Assembly: GCF_964194155.1 (NCBI RefSeq)
Contig: NC_135891.1
Coordinates: forward strand, 102,300,001-102,364,000
Reading direction: 5' to 3'
Source: Cetorhinus maximus
Taxonomy: Eukaryota
Length of the DNA stretch: 64,000 bases
Part shown: positions 24,575-35,578 of the stretch, piece after piece
Numbering within the stretch: the stretch's first letter is position 1
Layout of the letters: each line of letters opens with the position of its first letter
The notes under the pieces: model-generated
The model's database searches: none
Seen by the model: the letters and a program-made list of their open reading frames with translations, nothing else
Told to the model about the DNA's origin: nothing
Program-made: the position numbers and the translations under genes

Positions 24575-24760
24575 GACAGGTTGCACAGTAATCATTTTAT
24601 CTTTAGGATCCAAGTTTGAATCCAGCCCAAACTGAGTTGGACTACTTTCCCCCACAGCTGTAATGAAATTAGTTTCAACAGTCTAGATCTTCTTCCTAGT
24701 GTATTGAAATGCACAGCACAACACTGATCAAAATTTGTCAGTAAATTGACAGTTTAATTC
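24575..24760 (+). mobile_element. LF-SINE-like remnant
   Basis: tttatctttagga...gtttgaatccagccca...atgaaattagtt...ttcctagtg...cacagcacaa...aaattgaca parallels the recalled LF-SINE consensus. Confidence 0.4.
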
Positions 24761-26014
24761 CAAGCTGAAATAAGGATGCTACGCTGTTGCTTTAGGCATA
24801 ATAATTATTTTGAATCATTCCAATTCTACCCTTGAATTTGAAGGTCTTGATGTTAAATTGCTTAAATGTAAAAACAATCTGGCCATGATATTTTTCCCCA
24901 CAAACTTCACCCCAAATATAGATCCAGTATATTTTTGTTTACATTTTAACAAGGTTCTGCTGATGGTGTAAAAAAATTGTTCCATAGTCATTTTTATTTT
25001 GGAGAAGCAAGTCCAATTTATCTTAGTGCGATTTCATTGTATTTTCCCAAGTTTTTCACAATTTTGGCTAAGGGTCAATTTAGAGCTTACCTATACAAAG
25101 TGGGCACATGGAAATTCCTGGAATGCGGCAGTTCAAATAGCCTCACCTCTTGCAGTAAGGGAGATAGTTAATCATAGTTATATTTTGCTCTGTGCATTGG
25201 GTAGTTTAGTCACCATTTTTATATTTTTGGGTTTTTTCTTAATACTTTATTGTTCTTGTTGCTGATATTCAAATTGGATAAGACAAAATGGTCAAGATGG
25301 GCATTCTTTTCAGGATTCCAAACATACTATATCATGTAGTCAACAGTTCATGAAAGAGCCAACAAGGGCAGATGCATGACACCTGAAGCATTTTATTTGC
25401 CCTCTTCATTACCTCGAGTACTATCTCTAGACAACTTTAGCATGTACTTCAATGTCATAGGGGAACCCAAACTATAACTTCTCTTTTCTCCTGCAGATTC
25501 TGCCAAACCTGCTGTTTTTATTCCAGTTTTCCAACATTTACAACGTTTTTTTTTAAACATGTCCTTCAGGACTCAGCCAGCTTAGACATTAGTGGTGCTA
25601 TCAAATCACTCTAGGTGATGGGCATAAAAGTTTCTCACCCAGAGTAAGTTACTGATGAATCAGTGCTCCTCCACACAGGAAAGCGCTTGGGAGAAGCACT
25701 TAGGGTAGCAAGGGCACAGCAGGAAGAGCAATCTGCTCTCAATTTAACTTTTTAATCCCTCATATAATTGTGGTGAATCTGCACTACACTCTCTTCCAAG
25801 GCCGATCCTGGTCTTCGATGCCCAATATCAAATATTGTACTGGAGATGGAGTCTGGCGAAGGCTCTGTATAACCAAAGAATTACTTCCTCACATTTGTAT
25901 TTTTTGATAGACTAGAATCCAAGCTCAATTCCTCATTTACCAACTATTTAATTCAGATTCAGATACAAGAAACTTTGGCATAAGGCAAGCCTACTGACAG
26001 GCTACCTCTGTATT

Positions 26015-26155
26015 GCCAAGACCTCATGCCCTGCAATTCACCACATGGACTGCAGCGGTTCAAGGTGGCAGCTCACCACCATTTTCTCAAGGGCAATTAG
26101 GGATGGGCAATAAATGCTGGCCTAGCCACTGACACCCACACCCTGCGAAATAATT
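26015..26155 (+). mobile_element. HER1-type LINE 3' end fragment
   Basis: caccacatggactgcagcggttcaag..ggcagctcaccacca...ctcaagggcaattagggatgggcaataaatgctggcc, same as the 3' end of 19987-23100. Confidence 0.8.
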
Positions 26156-26365
26156 TTTTTTAAAAAATTCCACTTTTTGCCATAAAACCAACGGCATATT
26201 TTGCACGTAGATGCTGCAAATAAGCCTGAAGAAAAAATTTCCCCACAGTGTTTGGGGGCTTTGAATGATGATTAAGAGCTGTTTAGAAACACCATACACT
26301 ACTTGCACTTCATTGGAACTTTGCAGTCATTCCTGTCTTTCATCCCTTCTCAGTATAGTCCCAAA

Positions 26366-26513
26366 AAAGTTGGGTTTAAAAAGTTGGGTTTATAAAGTTG
26401 GGTTTATAAAGTTGGGTTTATAAAGTTGGGTTTATAAAGTTGGGTTTATAAAGTTGGGTTTATAAAGTTGGGTTTATAAAGTTGGGTTTATAAAGTTGGG
26501 TTTATAAAGTTGG
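26366..26513. repeat. 14-bp minisatellite (AAAGTTGGGTTTAT) x ~10.5
   Basis: Directly visible; units identical except the first. Confidence 0.97.
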
Positions 26514-27586
26514 CACCTACCAAAGCTGTAATTGGAACAGATGCCGCTATCTTTATTGTGGACAACATTGCTCTACTCCTTTTTCTATAGATAGACTCAA
26601 AGTATTTTGTCTACCCTTGATTGTTATCCAGCAACTACTTCTGCAAAGTCCATTTGTGTGGACAAGATCAGTCTGAAATGTAATATCCCCCCCTGAAAAA
26701 ATAGCCTAGCAACATTCCCAGTTATGGATCACACTTGAAATAGTCAGAGCATAGGTCTTATTCAGTAAGGCCCTAAGAATCAGTCCTTTCAGACAGCAGG
26801 ATGAGAATGCAGCAAGAAAACCAAAAGAAAATGGTGGTTATTTCCATTTAAATACCTAGAAATGGAAAACCAAAAGTGAAGTTTAGCAAATTTTCTCAAA
26901 AGTACCTAACTGAGCTACACAAATGTATTTTGTGATTGCAACTTGCACGTTTGAGTAATGACCTCAATCATCTCAGTTCATATGCTTGGAAATTCTTATT
27001 TTCCTTTCAGTATTTAATGACCAAATGGTAATATAATAGTCAGATAGCTGGATATTTATATCTTATTTTATAGCAACCAAAATGTGGGCTCAACTTGCAA
27101 GTTCTGGATACATGAGGAATTGAAGCATGATAATGAAGTCAGTTAGCAAGACTGTAATCAAAACCCAAGGAGGTTAAGGTATCATTAATCTGCAGCAAAG
27201 TTGACAGTAGTTTATGACTGACCACAATCTAGGTGACAGCCTTTGCAGTTCACTCCTAGATGCTGTTACCAATCTTCAAAGATTTATAGTACAACATATA
27301 ATATGCATGTGGTAGATAGGGAATGCTGCTAATCTTCTGCCAGTGCTACTTTGGTACTGGCCAGATTGAACTTGCCTCTCAATTTCTTCTCTTCCTGTGG
27401 TGAAGGGCCTGATCTTTATTCAGTACCTCCCCAGCATCATGACAAAGATCAGCAATGCACTCTGCTCAGCACCACAACACAGCATATTGGGAGTTCCAAT
27501 TCACTATATTATCACATTACATGCAGGTTCCAACTTAGATTGAGTAAGAACAGATAAATATCAATATGTTAGAAACCTTCACTCAC

Positions 27587-27712
27587 CTGTAAGTTCAACA
27601 TCTTGCTGCTTTCCAGATCTATTTAGAGTGAAACTTGTCTTCATGGCCAACTTTCCCCCAAGCAATGTTTCATGTGACTGGACTTTCTTGTTTGCACATA
27701 CAGCAGCAGGCT
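27587..27712 (-). CDS. REXO1: REXO1 coding exon (probably exon 8)
   Basis: cactcag|AGCCTGCT...CTTACAG|gtgagt; (K)PAAVCANKKVQSHETLLGGKLAMKTSFTLNRSGKQQDVELT; 126 nt. Confidence 0.93.
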
Positions 27713-28035
27713 CTGAGTGAATACACAGAATTAATCAGAACCTTTTGAGAGTACTCAAAACAAGCCTGTAATGAATGGCATTCCAGGAGGAAACAAACTA
27801 TACAGAGAAACACTAAATGCACATCTCTACCACAGAGACATTTTTTCTCTGGTTTGCTTTCCACCAACAGTTTTCTCTAGTATAACTAACATGAAGCAAT
27901 GCTTGTTGTTCCACCAAGAAGCACCTGGTTCTGAATGGTGTCAGTTGACAAAATTTTCAGTAATGTAGTTTACTAATTCCATACATTTCACACTTCCTAC
28001 ATACTTCACCTCCTAGTGTCCATAGTTTGAAAAAC

Positions 28036-28347
28036 AGATTATATAAACATTATTGAACTTGGTTATTTAATAAATTGCTGATTTGCAAAAACTGTCAGTT
28101 TCACATGGAAAGTGTAAAAGGCATGAGGATTAGTAGACTGGTGTTTTACCTGAAAGCACACATTCTTAGAACACGAATCTACGAGACAGCGAGGTGTTTA
28201 GTAGATTCGTGTTCTAAGAATGTGTGCTTTCAGGTAAAACACCAGTCTACTAATCCTCATGCCTTTTACACTTTCCATGTGAAACTGACAGTTTTTGCAA
28301 ATCAGCAATTTATTAAATAACCAAGTTCAATAATGTTTATATAATCT
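28036..28347. repeat. Perfect 147-bp inverted repeat with 18-bp spacer
   Basis: 28036-28182 is the exact reverse complement of 28201-28347; spacer gagacagcgaggtgttta. Confidence 0.97.
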
Positions 28348-29149
28348 CGGTGTAAACAGCTAAGCAGCATCTGGGTACTCAGAAACTAAGGATACCAAAC
28401 TGCTTTTAAACAGCATGAGGGTGGTATTCATTTAACATAAATTCAGCAATTGGTTTCCATTTGCAACACTAAATGAACGTAGCAGGAATCAAGTGCCAAG
28501 GTCCTGAAATACTCTGAAGTGAAGCAGATTGGGATAACACCCACTGCGGAATCTCATTTTACTTTCTTTCACTCAGGTTGGACACTGAAGTCAGACTGAG
28601 GCAGAAACTACAAGCCAAACCTCTTCATAGCACCAAACACTCCCTTAAAAGCCCAATTATTCAATGTAAAAATTAACTAGTTCAGAAATGCCTTTCAATA
28701 AAGTGTTTAAATATTTGTTAAATTAAATCAAGATGTCTCTGACTGCTGGCAGATTTGTTGCAGAATCTATAGTTTGTTAACATAGTTATTATTTACACCT
28801 CCTTGTTTTAAACATCTGACAGGTTGTGCAAGATTGGGTATCAGACTACATCAATATCTTGCTGTCTTTTTTTCTTTCTCTATATGATTTCACTGGGAAA
28901 TAAATTTGATCAAGTAGACTTAGCCTATAAGCATACATCTGGATCCTTTCAAAATGACACAAGAATGTCGGCATACCAACTATTCTCCAGTAACTAAAAG
29001 ATTGCAATTAGTAGTTATCTGTTAAACTTTAACAACGCTAATCAATACACGGTGGAGAATGAAGATGGAAGTTTCAGTTCATAAAGGACACACAATCTGC
29101 TTATGAAACTTGCTGTCCTGATGTACACTTAAATAACAGTTTTGAATAA

Positions 29150-29850
29150 AAGCTCAATCTGCAATAGGGATTTCTGCTAGCATCCACCATTGCCCCTTAG
29201 ATTTTTCCAGTAGATCAACAATCATTGTTCCTCTCCACATTTCACTCTAGATTGACCTTTCAATCGTAAACAAGGCCCTTCCATCCATGACACATTGCGG
29301 ACAATAGCATAACCACCATGGATTGGCAGAAACTTGGATCATGGGCAACGGCATCTTGCTCCTTACTAAGGCCTCCCCACATGGTTATACTTTCCATCAC
29401 CTTCCCTGCCCAAATTGCCAGTGGTAGTTTGGCATTATCAAATTACACTGCTATTCCTCCCTGTTCCTCTGGCACCTTCGACCCAGCTCATCTCTCCTTT
29501 AAAATTTTCATTCTCTATTATGTTCCCAGTTCCATCCTGAATTTTTCCCCAGATGCCACCCCCTCCCCCACCCCCCGCCACCCCACTCCCTCAGCCTCTC
29601 ACAGAACTTCTCCCAATGCTCTAATTTCAATCTTCATCTCAACTCACTCCTCTGATTTCACTCCCAATCTTCCTAAACTGCCCCCTCCGTTTAAACGGCA
29701 TCATAATAATGGACACCCTTTTGAAGTTGCCATCTCACAAGATTCCTCTACTTTCATGGTTTGAACCACTGAAAAAGCCATCTGATCAGCTCCTTGTAGC
29801 CCTCACCACCCCTCAAGACACTAATAATTGCATTTTCAAGTTGCCTAATG
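29150..29850 (+). mobile_element. Old L2-like LINE endonuclease-region remnant
   Basis: C-rich decayed sequence with gtaaacaaggccctt.ccatccatga, typical of the L2 ORF2 N-terminus; no intact ORF. Confidence 0.4.
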
Positions 29851-30710
29851 CCTATAGGCTTTGTATTTCTATCCTTTACCTTACATCTACCTTTGATGTC
29901 ACTGTCCTCAGCAAAAGCTTTCCCCATCCCAGTCATGCTCCTGATGTGCCCCATCTTTGCACCTGCAAGTACAAGAGGTGTAGACCTGAGTGTGTCTGTT
30001 GCGCAACTGGTTCAGCTATCCATTACCAAGTATGTCTGACATCAAGCATTAATCAGGCCTCACTCACAAACTTTAAATCATTAATTTCTCTTCTCCAAAA
30101 GATGAGAGGAGCTCATAGATTTTTCACCTAAAATTGAAATCATCCATTCAGCTACCACTGCTACTGCCCCCACACTTGCAGTTGCCCACCAAGTCAAATA
30201 CCCTCTCAGGTCCTCCCTTGCCCTAGCCTTATCACAGATCTTTCTCTAGATTCTCTCCTGTCTCACCCCCTATCCTCTTATGAGATTGTCTATGAGACTT
30301 ACCACCTGCTCTCTTAACCATTTTCCATTGAGCTGCTGATCACCTAATCTTCTTTACCTGGCCCCATGCTAGCTTAACATTGTAAGATCTGGGATCAGGG
30401 CTAGAGCATGGGGGGGGAACCTTAGGGTCACTTTTCTATATTAAAGGCACTATATAAATGGAAGTTATTGTTCAAGTGCTCATGGATGCTATATGGTTGG
30501 TTTCCTTATATTCCTTGGATGTCAAATAGGCAAAAGACACTCATTGAAGACACGCTGATCACTGATGTAAACAAACACTTGGGCAAGTTACCAGAGATTG
30601 TCACTGAAACTTACTAAATAGTCAATGCCTTCAGGAGGAAAGTGAACACAGGCAAGAGAAAAGTATTATAGCCTGATGGTAAGTAAACTAAGTATCATAT
30701 AGCAACATAC

Positions 30711-30834
30711 TCTTTGTAGGTGATGGCATGATATCATTTTGACTCCTCAGCTTCTTTAAGGTATTTACAGCCACATTCAGGTACACTGTCCTACTAGTGC
30801 TTCGGTGATATACAGCCTTCTCTTCACTCAAGGC
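30711..30834 (-). CDS. REXO1: REXO1 coding exon (probably exon 7)
   Basis: ttgcag|GCCTTG...ACAAAGA|gtatgt; [41 protein letters not shown]; 124 nt. Confidence 0.96.
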
Positions 30835-31843
30835 CTGCAACAGTTAAATAGAAATATCACAGCTGGTCAAGTATACTTTATACATAACAATGATACAACT
30901 GTAAAAACATATCCATGTTGAAGAGATAGCATGGGTTCCCATTTTCTACTGTAGCAAGGTTAACCTACATTTACTCATTTGACAGTAATACAGCAAAGTA
31001 CAAGGCTGAGAGGCAAGTTACAAATTTACCAGGTTATTTTGAAAACCAGAATTAAGACAGCAAATATATGCAGGCTAAAGTTCCAAATGTCCTCATATTA
31101 AACAACATTTTTTATTTTAACACTAAAAATGTAGTGTCACAGAATACTTTGCAAGAATTTTAAATATTGCCCGAAAAATGCAGTATTTAAAATTCTTACC
31201 TTCATCCTGAAGTTTCTCCCCAGCCTTTTCCAATCCTACCTCTACAACCCCCTCCAGCCCCGTCCTCAATGGTTTGGTCCTCAAACTCTACCTTTCTACT
31301 ATCTTCCCATTGGTGGCAGAGTCTCCAGCCACCTTGGTCTTATTCTCTGGAACCAGCTTGCCAAACACTTCTTTCTCTAATTCTCTCTACATCTTTAAAA
31401 ACCATCTTACAACCCAGCTTTTAAGTCAACTTTTCCAATTCCCTTTTTTATGGCTTAGCACTTTGTATCCTGGATAAAACATCGTGGAGCATTTTACTGC
31501 ATTTATCTAGCAACTTTTAAAGCAAGTGGTGATGAATTTTATACTCATAGCATTATCTTTTTTTCAAATGCTGTTTGGTCAGGGCTCATTTTTAACATTT
31601 GCAGGTTATATTTTGAGAGCAAGGAGAAATTAATTAGACAATAATGATTTTGTGCTTAATTATAACAAAAAATCAGTCCCAGATTAAAATGAGCACATTT
31701 ATGCAAAATCACTTGGCATGTGTTCCTTCGAAAATTGTTAAGTTTTTAACAATTTAATTAAATTCTTAGAAAGCTTCACTATTAGGATTGGCATGCATTT
31801 GCCCAACAATTTTAATAACATACCATAGAATAAAATCTTGTAC

Positions 31844-31978
31844 CTTTTCAAAAGCCATTTGTTCAGATCCACAGAATTTCAAACATTCATCAATGAACAC
31901 GTTCAAATATCGCTGTCTCACATTGGTCGGAACTTTGGAGCCATATTCTGTAGGAATTGTGGGTCTCTTCAAGCTTGG
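31844..31978 (-). CDS. REXO1: REXO1 coding exon (probably exon 6)
   Basis: aaacaag|CCAAGCTTG...GAAAAG|gtacaa; [45 protein letters not shown]; 135 nt. Acceptor chosen by phase. Confidence 0.92.
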
Positions 31979-32110
31979 CTTGTTTTTGCAGAAAAATAGT
32001 AAAAGAGATGGTTTTATTTAGTTCTGGTGCTTTTTCTAATATTTAGAACAGATTTCAACCTATATACTTTCTCAGATAGCAGAAGTCAACATTATTTTGA
32101 TGCAAGCATG

Positions 32111-32292
32111 AAATAAAAGCTAAATACTGCAGGCGCTGGAAATCTGAAATAAAAACAGAAAATGCTGGAAAAACTCAGCAGGTCGGGCAGCATCTGTGGA
32201 GAGAGAAACAGGGTTAACGTTTCAAGTCCACATGACTCTTCTTCAGTGTTGGCTCTCAAGAAGAGAGTCATACGGACTCGAAACATTAACTA
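32111..32292. mobile_element. Penelope-terminus mini-insertion with two inverted hammerhead remnants
   Basis: Minus-strand CTGAAGAAGAGTCATGTGGACTTGAAACGTTAAC, then plus-strand agagtcatacggactcgaaacattaact. Flanks share attttgatgcaa. Confidence 0.8.
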
Positions 32293-33414
32293 TGATTTTG
32301 ATGCAAATACATGCTACCTTGTGAAAATGCTGCACTATAAACCTGAACCCACCCTCAGAGAAAAAAAAAACTTTTGTAGAAGATGCACCACTTAACATTT
32401 AAAAAATTCTTTCATGGGTTGTGGATGTCACTGGCTCAGCCAGCAATTTTTATTGTCCATCCCTAATTGCCTTAAGAATTGCCCTCCCCTGGAGAACTCC
32501 AAATGCAAACTAATTTTTTGCTTCAAAATAAAGGTATGACAGTTTATCCTGTAGTTATAAGCACACACTACTTTCCTCCTTACTCTCAGAAAACATTTAA
32601 ATATACATTATTTATTCAACAATTGGAGGCAACAGTTCAAGAAAATTAGGTGCGAATATCTAGGTTTTTTACCATCCATTCTCATGAAATCATCAGCTTT
32701 ATTAAAACACCAAGTTGCAAGTATTGTTCTGATTTTAGTCAAATGAAGGTGATGGTACCATTGAATAAGACACCACAAAGTACAAATTTGAATGGAAAGA
32801 CTCAATGCTGGTGGGAATGGAAGAAAGTGCACATCAATTTAGCACAGATGAATGCACCAATCGTGTACAAAACAACAACAGTTAAACTGTTTCAATGAGA
32901 CTGCTGCACAATCTTCTGGGTACTGATGATTGCGTAAACTTAAAGCATCACTATTACCAATTTACAATGTTATAGGTGGTGCTCAATAATACTCCTGAAA
33001 ACGCAGCAGCACTCCTGACCAATAATTATTCTGCATAGAGCATCTCACTGCAACCCTGCAACATTTACATGTTGAATACATGTAAATAAATGTTTTTAAC
33101 ACAAATTTAAATTGCAAGAAATAGTCAGTTGTCTTGGCGTAAACAGTTATTTCCAGAAAATGATTATACAATAATATATAATATTCAAGCCAATGAGACT
33201 ACAATTTTTTCTTTTTGAAAACCAGTATTTATTCACAGCAAATAATTCCAACACAACGTCCACTGTATTTAAAAATAAACACCGAAACCCAAGAAGATAT
33301 AAAATAAATATAAATGCAGACAAAAATACTTCTGCATTTTCTAATCAAAATATAAGCTACTCCTGTTACATATCTATACATTCTAGAATGAAAAAATTAA
33401 TTATTTTATACTCA

Positions 33415-34262
33415 TGAACGGACCCAAGGCCATCACTTTCGGCCATGAAAAGAGCCCAGTCTACCCTCAGATTACCCTGGAAGGGTAAGGTATCTCAAAA
33501 ATTTGAGCAACAGGTGAAGCTAGCTGTTACACACTGCTACTGTGCAGTGGCAACATGAGTGGTATTCAGCACTAACAGGATGCTGCTGTCAAGCCAAAAA
33601 GATGTTCTGTTTATCACACAAATGAGTAATGTGGTATATGAATTTCAGTGCCAGTGTGATGCTAGTTATTAAGGCCATACACCCCAAAGGCTGGCGGATT
33701 GTATCAAACAGCATGTCCCAGCTACTGTTTGCAATGGGCAGAGTACAGACCATACCCAACCAAACGCAAAACACAGTGTCCAACGTTAGATGTGATTCCG
33801 TGATTAGGCAACATTTGCTAAATAATCCTCAGTGTGCTAAGAATTATGCTGACAACCAATTTTAAGATTGTCAGTTGGGCTCACAGTGTGACGCATCTGT
33901 GTGTACTGGAAGCTACATATATTAATACACAGGGCCCTGTTCTGTGTAGACAGAAAGAACATGTACACACATTGCGCCTGTTTCAGCTAAACAAAGAGAT
34001 AGCCATTTGCTGGTTCATTCTTCAGGGCAATGCCTTGACTAATCAGGGTCAAGCTGCCTGGTTTAAATTTAAAACAATGTTTGGCAGCTAAATGTCGTTC
34101 ACCATCACTGGTACATTCTCCATGGCAACACCACTTGCCAACCAATCAGCACTCTCTTCACATACAGTATATATTGTTGCTTTCCCCTTATATTGGTATT
34201 CTTGCTAAGTGTCCTGGCAAGTGCAAGACAAAAAGCTTAGGCATATCTCTTTTTTTCAGCAA
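33415..34262 (+). mobile_element. Penelope-like element, second (Poseidon-type) family: GIY-YIG end and 3' region
   Basis: SNVVYEFQCQCDASY, DSVIRQHLLNNPQCAKNY, VLEATYINTQGPVLCRQKE across frameshifts. Confidence 0.8.
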
Positions 34263-34544
34263 TATTCTGGTGTTGTATATTTTGCAGAAAACGTTGGGTT
34301 ATAATATCTATATGGAGGTCCAAAATGTGGAAGACATATTATTACAACATAATGACAGACTAAAAGAACATAAACAAATAGACAACATTAGAAAAAGGAA
34401 AAAACTAATACAATTTGCTCAAGGCCACCAAAAGACTGAAAACACAAGCAATTACAATATATGTTATTGCCAAAAATAAAACCTCAAACTCATTTTGGTA
34501 CCACACTGATTAAGGAATACCTTAGCCAATTAAAAGTCTTAACA

Positions 34545-34950
34545 ATGCTTACGGCTCAATGGATACACATTTGCCTCCGAATGAGATGATCATGCATTTA
34601 TACCTAACACTCGGATTTGAGCAGATCATTTAGGCTGATTGTTCAATGCTGTCCTGAGGGGTTGTTGCACTGTTGGAAGAACTATCTTTCAAATGAGATA
34701 GTAGATGGACACCATGGCATTTTTCTTTGAAAAAGATTACTTTACCAGTATCCCTGCTGACATTTATCCTTCAACCAACACAAAAACAGGTCATTTGTTC
34801 TATTTATCACAGTGCTGCTTTGGAACTTTGTCAAGTGCAAATTGGTTGCCATTTCTGCCAAAAAAACAAGCCAACACTTTCCAGAAGCAATGAATTGGTT
34901 GTTAGGTGGTTTGGGATGCCCTGAGGATGTGAAACATGTTAAGAGAAATT
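34545..34950 (+). mobile_element. DeuSINE (SacSINE1-like)
   Basis: tRNA-like head ggctcaatgg, taggctga...ctgagggg.t..tgcactgttgga, ccatggcattt..tttgaa, caaattgg.tgcc, tttgggatg.cctgagg.tgtgaaa. Confidence 0.65.
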
Positions 34951-35578
34951 TGGTAGAGTAAGTTAGGAAAGAGCACTTTCGCAAGCAGGTGGGGGGACAG
35001 AGGAGAAGAGAGGCACAGAAAAGAAGAGCCTGAAGACCAAAAGCTGCAAGAAGAGAAGTCATTGTGCCCTCCCCGTCCGGTCATAATATGAAAAGTATAT
35101 ACCCCACATTGGAGTAAATCACTGCCCGAGTTTATTGTTTTAGCTTACCTGATAAGTTGGAACAAGTTTATGAAGTTCTCTCATTAAAGTAGTCTCATGA
35201 CTGAACTTTGGCCAGTCCATTCCTATAACAATTAATGGCTCAAAATACCCCAAAGTCAAATAGGAACAAAGATTGCAATTTGTCTCAGTCTGGTGGAATG
35301 AAAGTCTTGTCCCTCCATAAGATAAGTTTGCAGAGTGTCGAAAAGGTCTCACGTCAAATAATTTTGGTAGTCTCACCCTGGAATGATACTTAAGGTTGGT
35401 ATCCATAATAGAAATGTCAGACTAATGCAGAAGGAAGAAGTTATAATTGCATAGTTGGAATGATTGTATGGCACATTGCACCAATTGTAAAGTCTAAATA
35501 TATCAGCAATTCTAGCACATTTCTTTCTGAAAAATTCAGTTATTACTAGCTTCACTGAAACTCCAAGGTATTACTATC

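Noticed and set aside
26366-26513. CRISPR array or interstitial telomere
   Set aside because: There are no spacers between the units, and the unit is not TTAGGG; it is a simple minisatellite.
28075-28320. 81-aa ORF
   Set aside because: Lies entirely within the palindrome, with no splice or homology support.
34210-34245. Active hammerhead in the second Penelope family
   Set aside because: The expected position shows ctggcaagtgcaagacaaaa, with both core boxes mutated.
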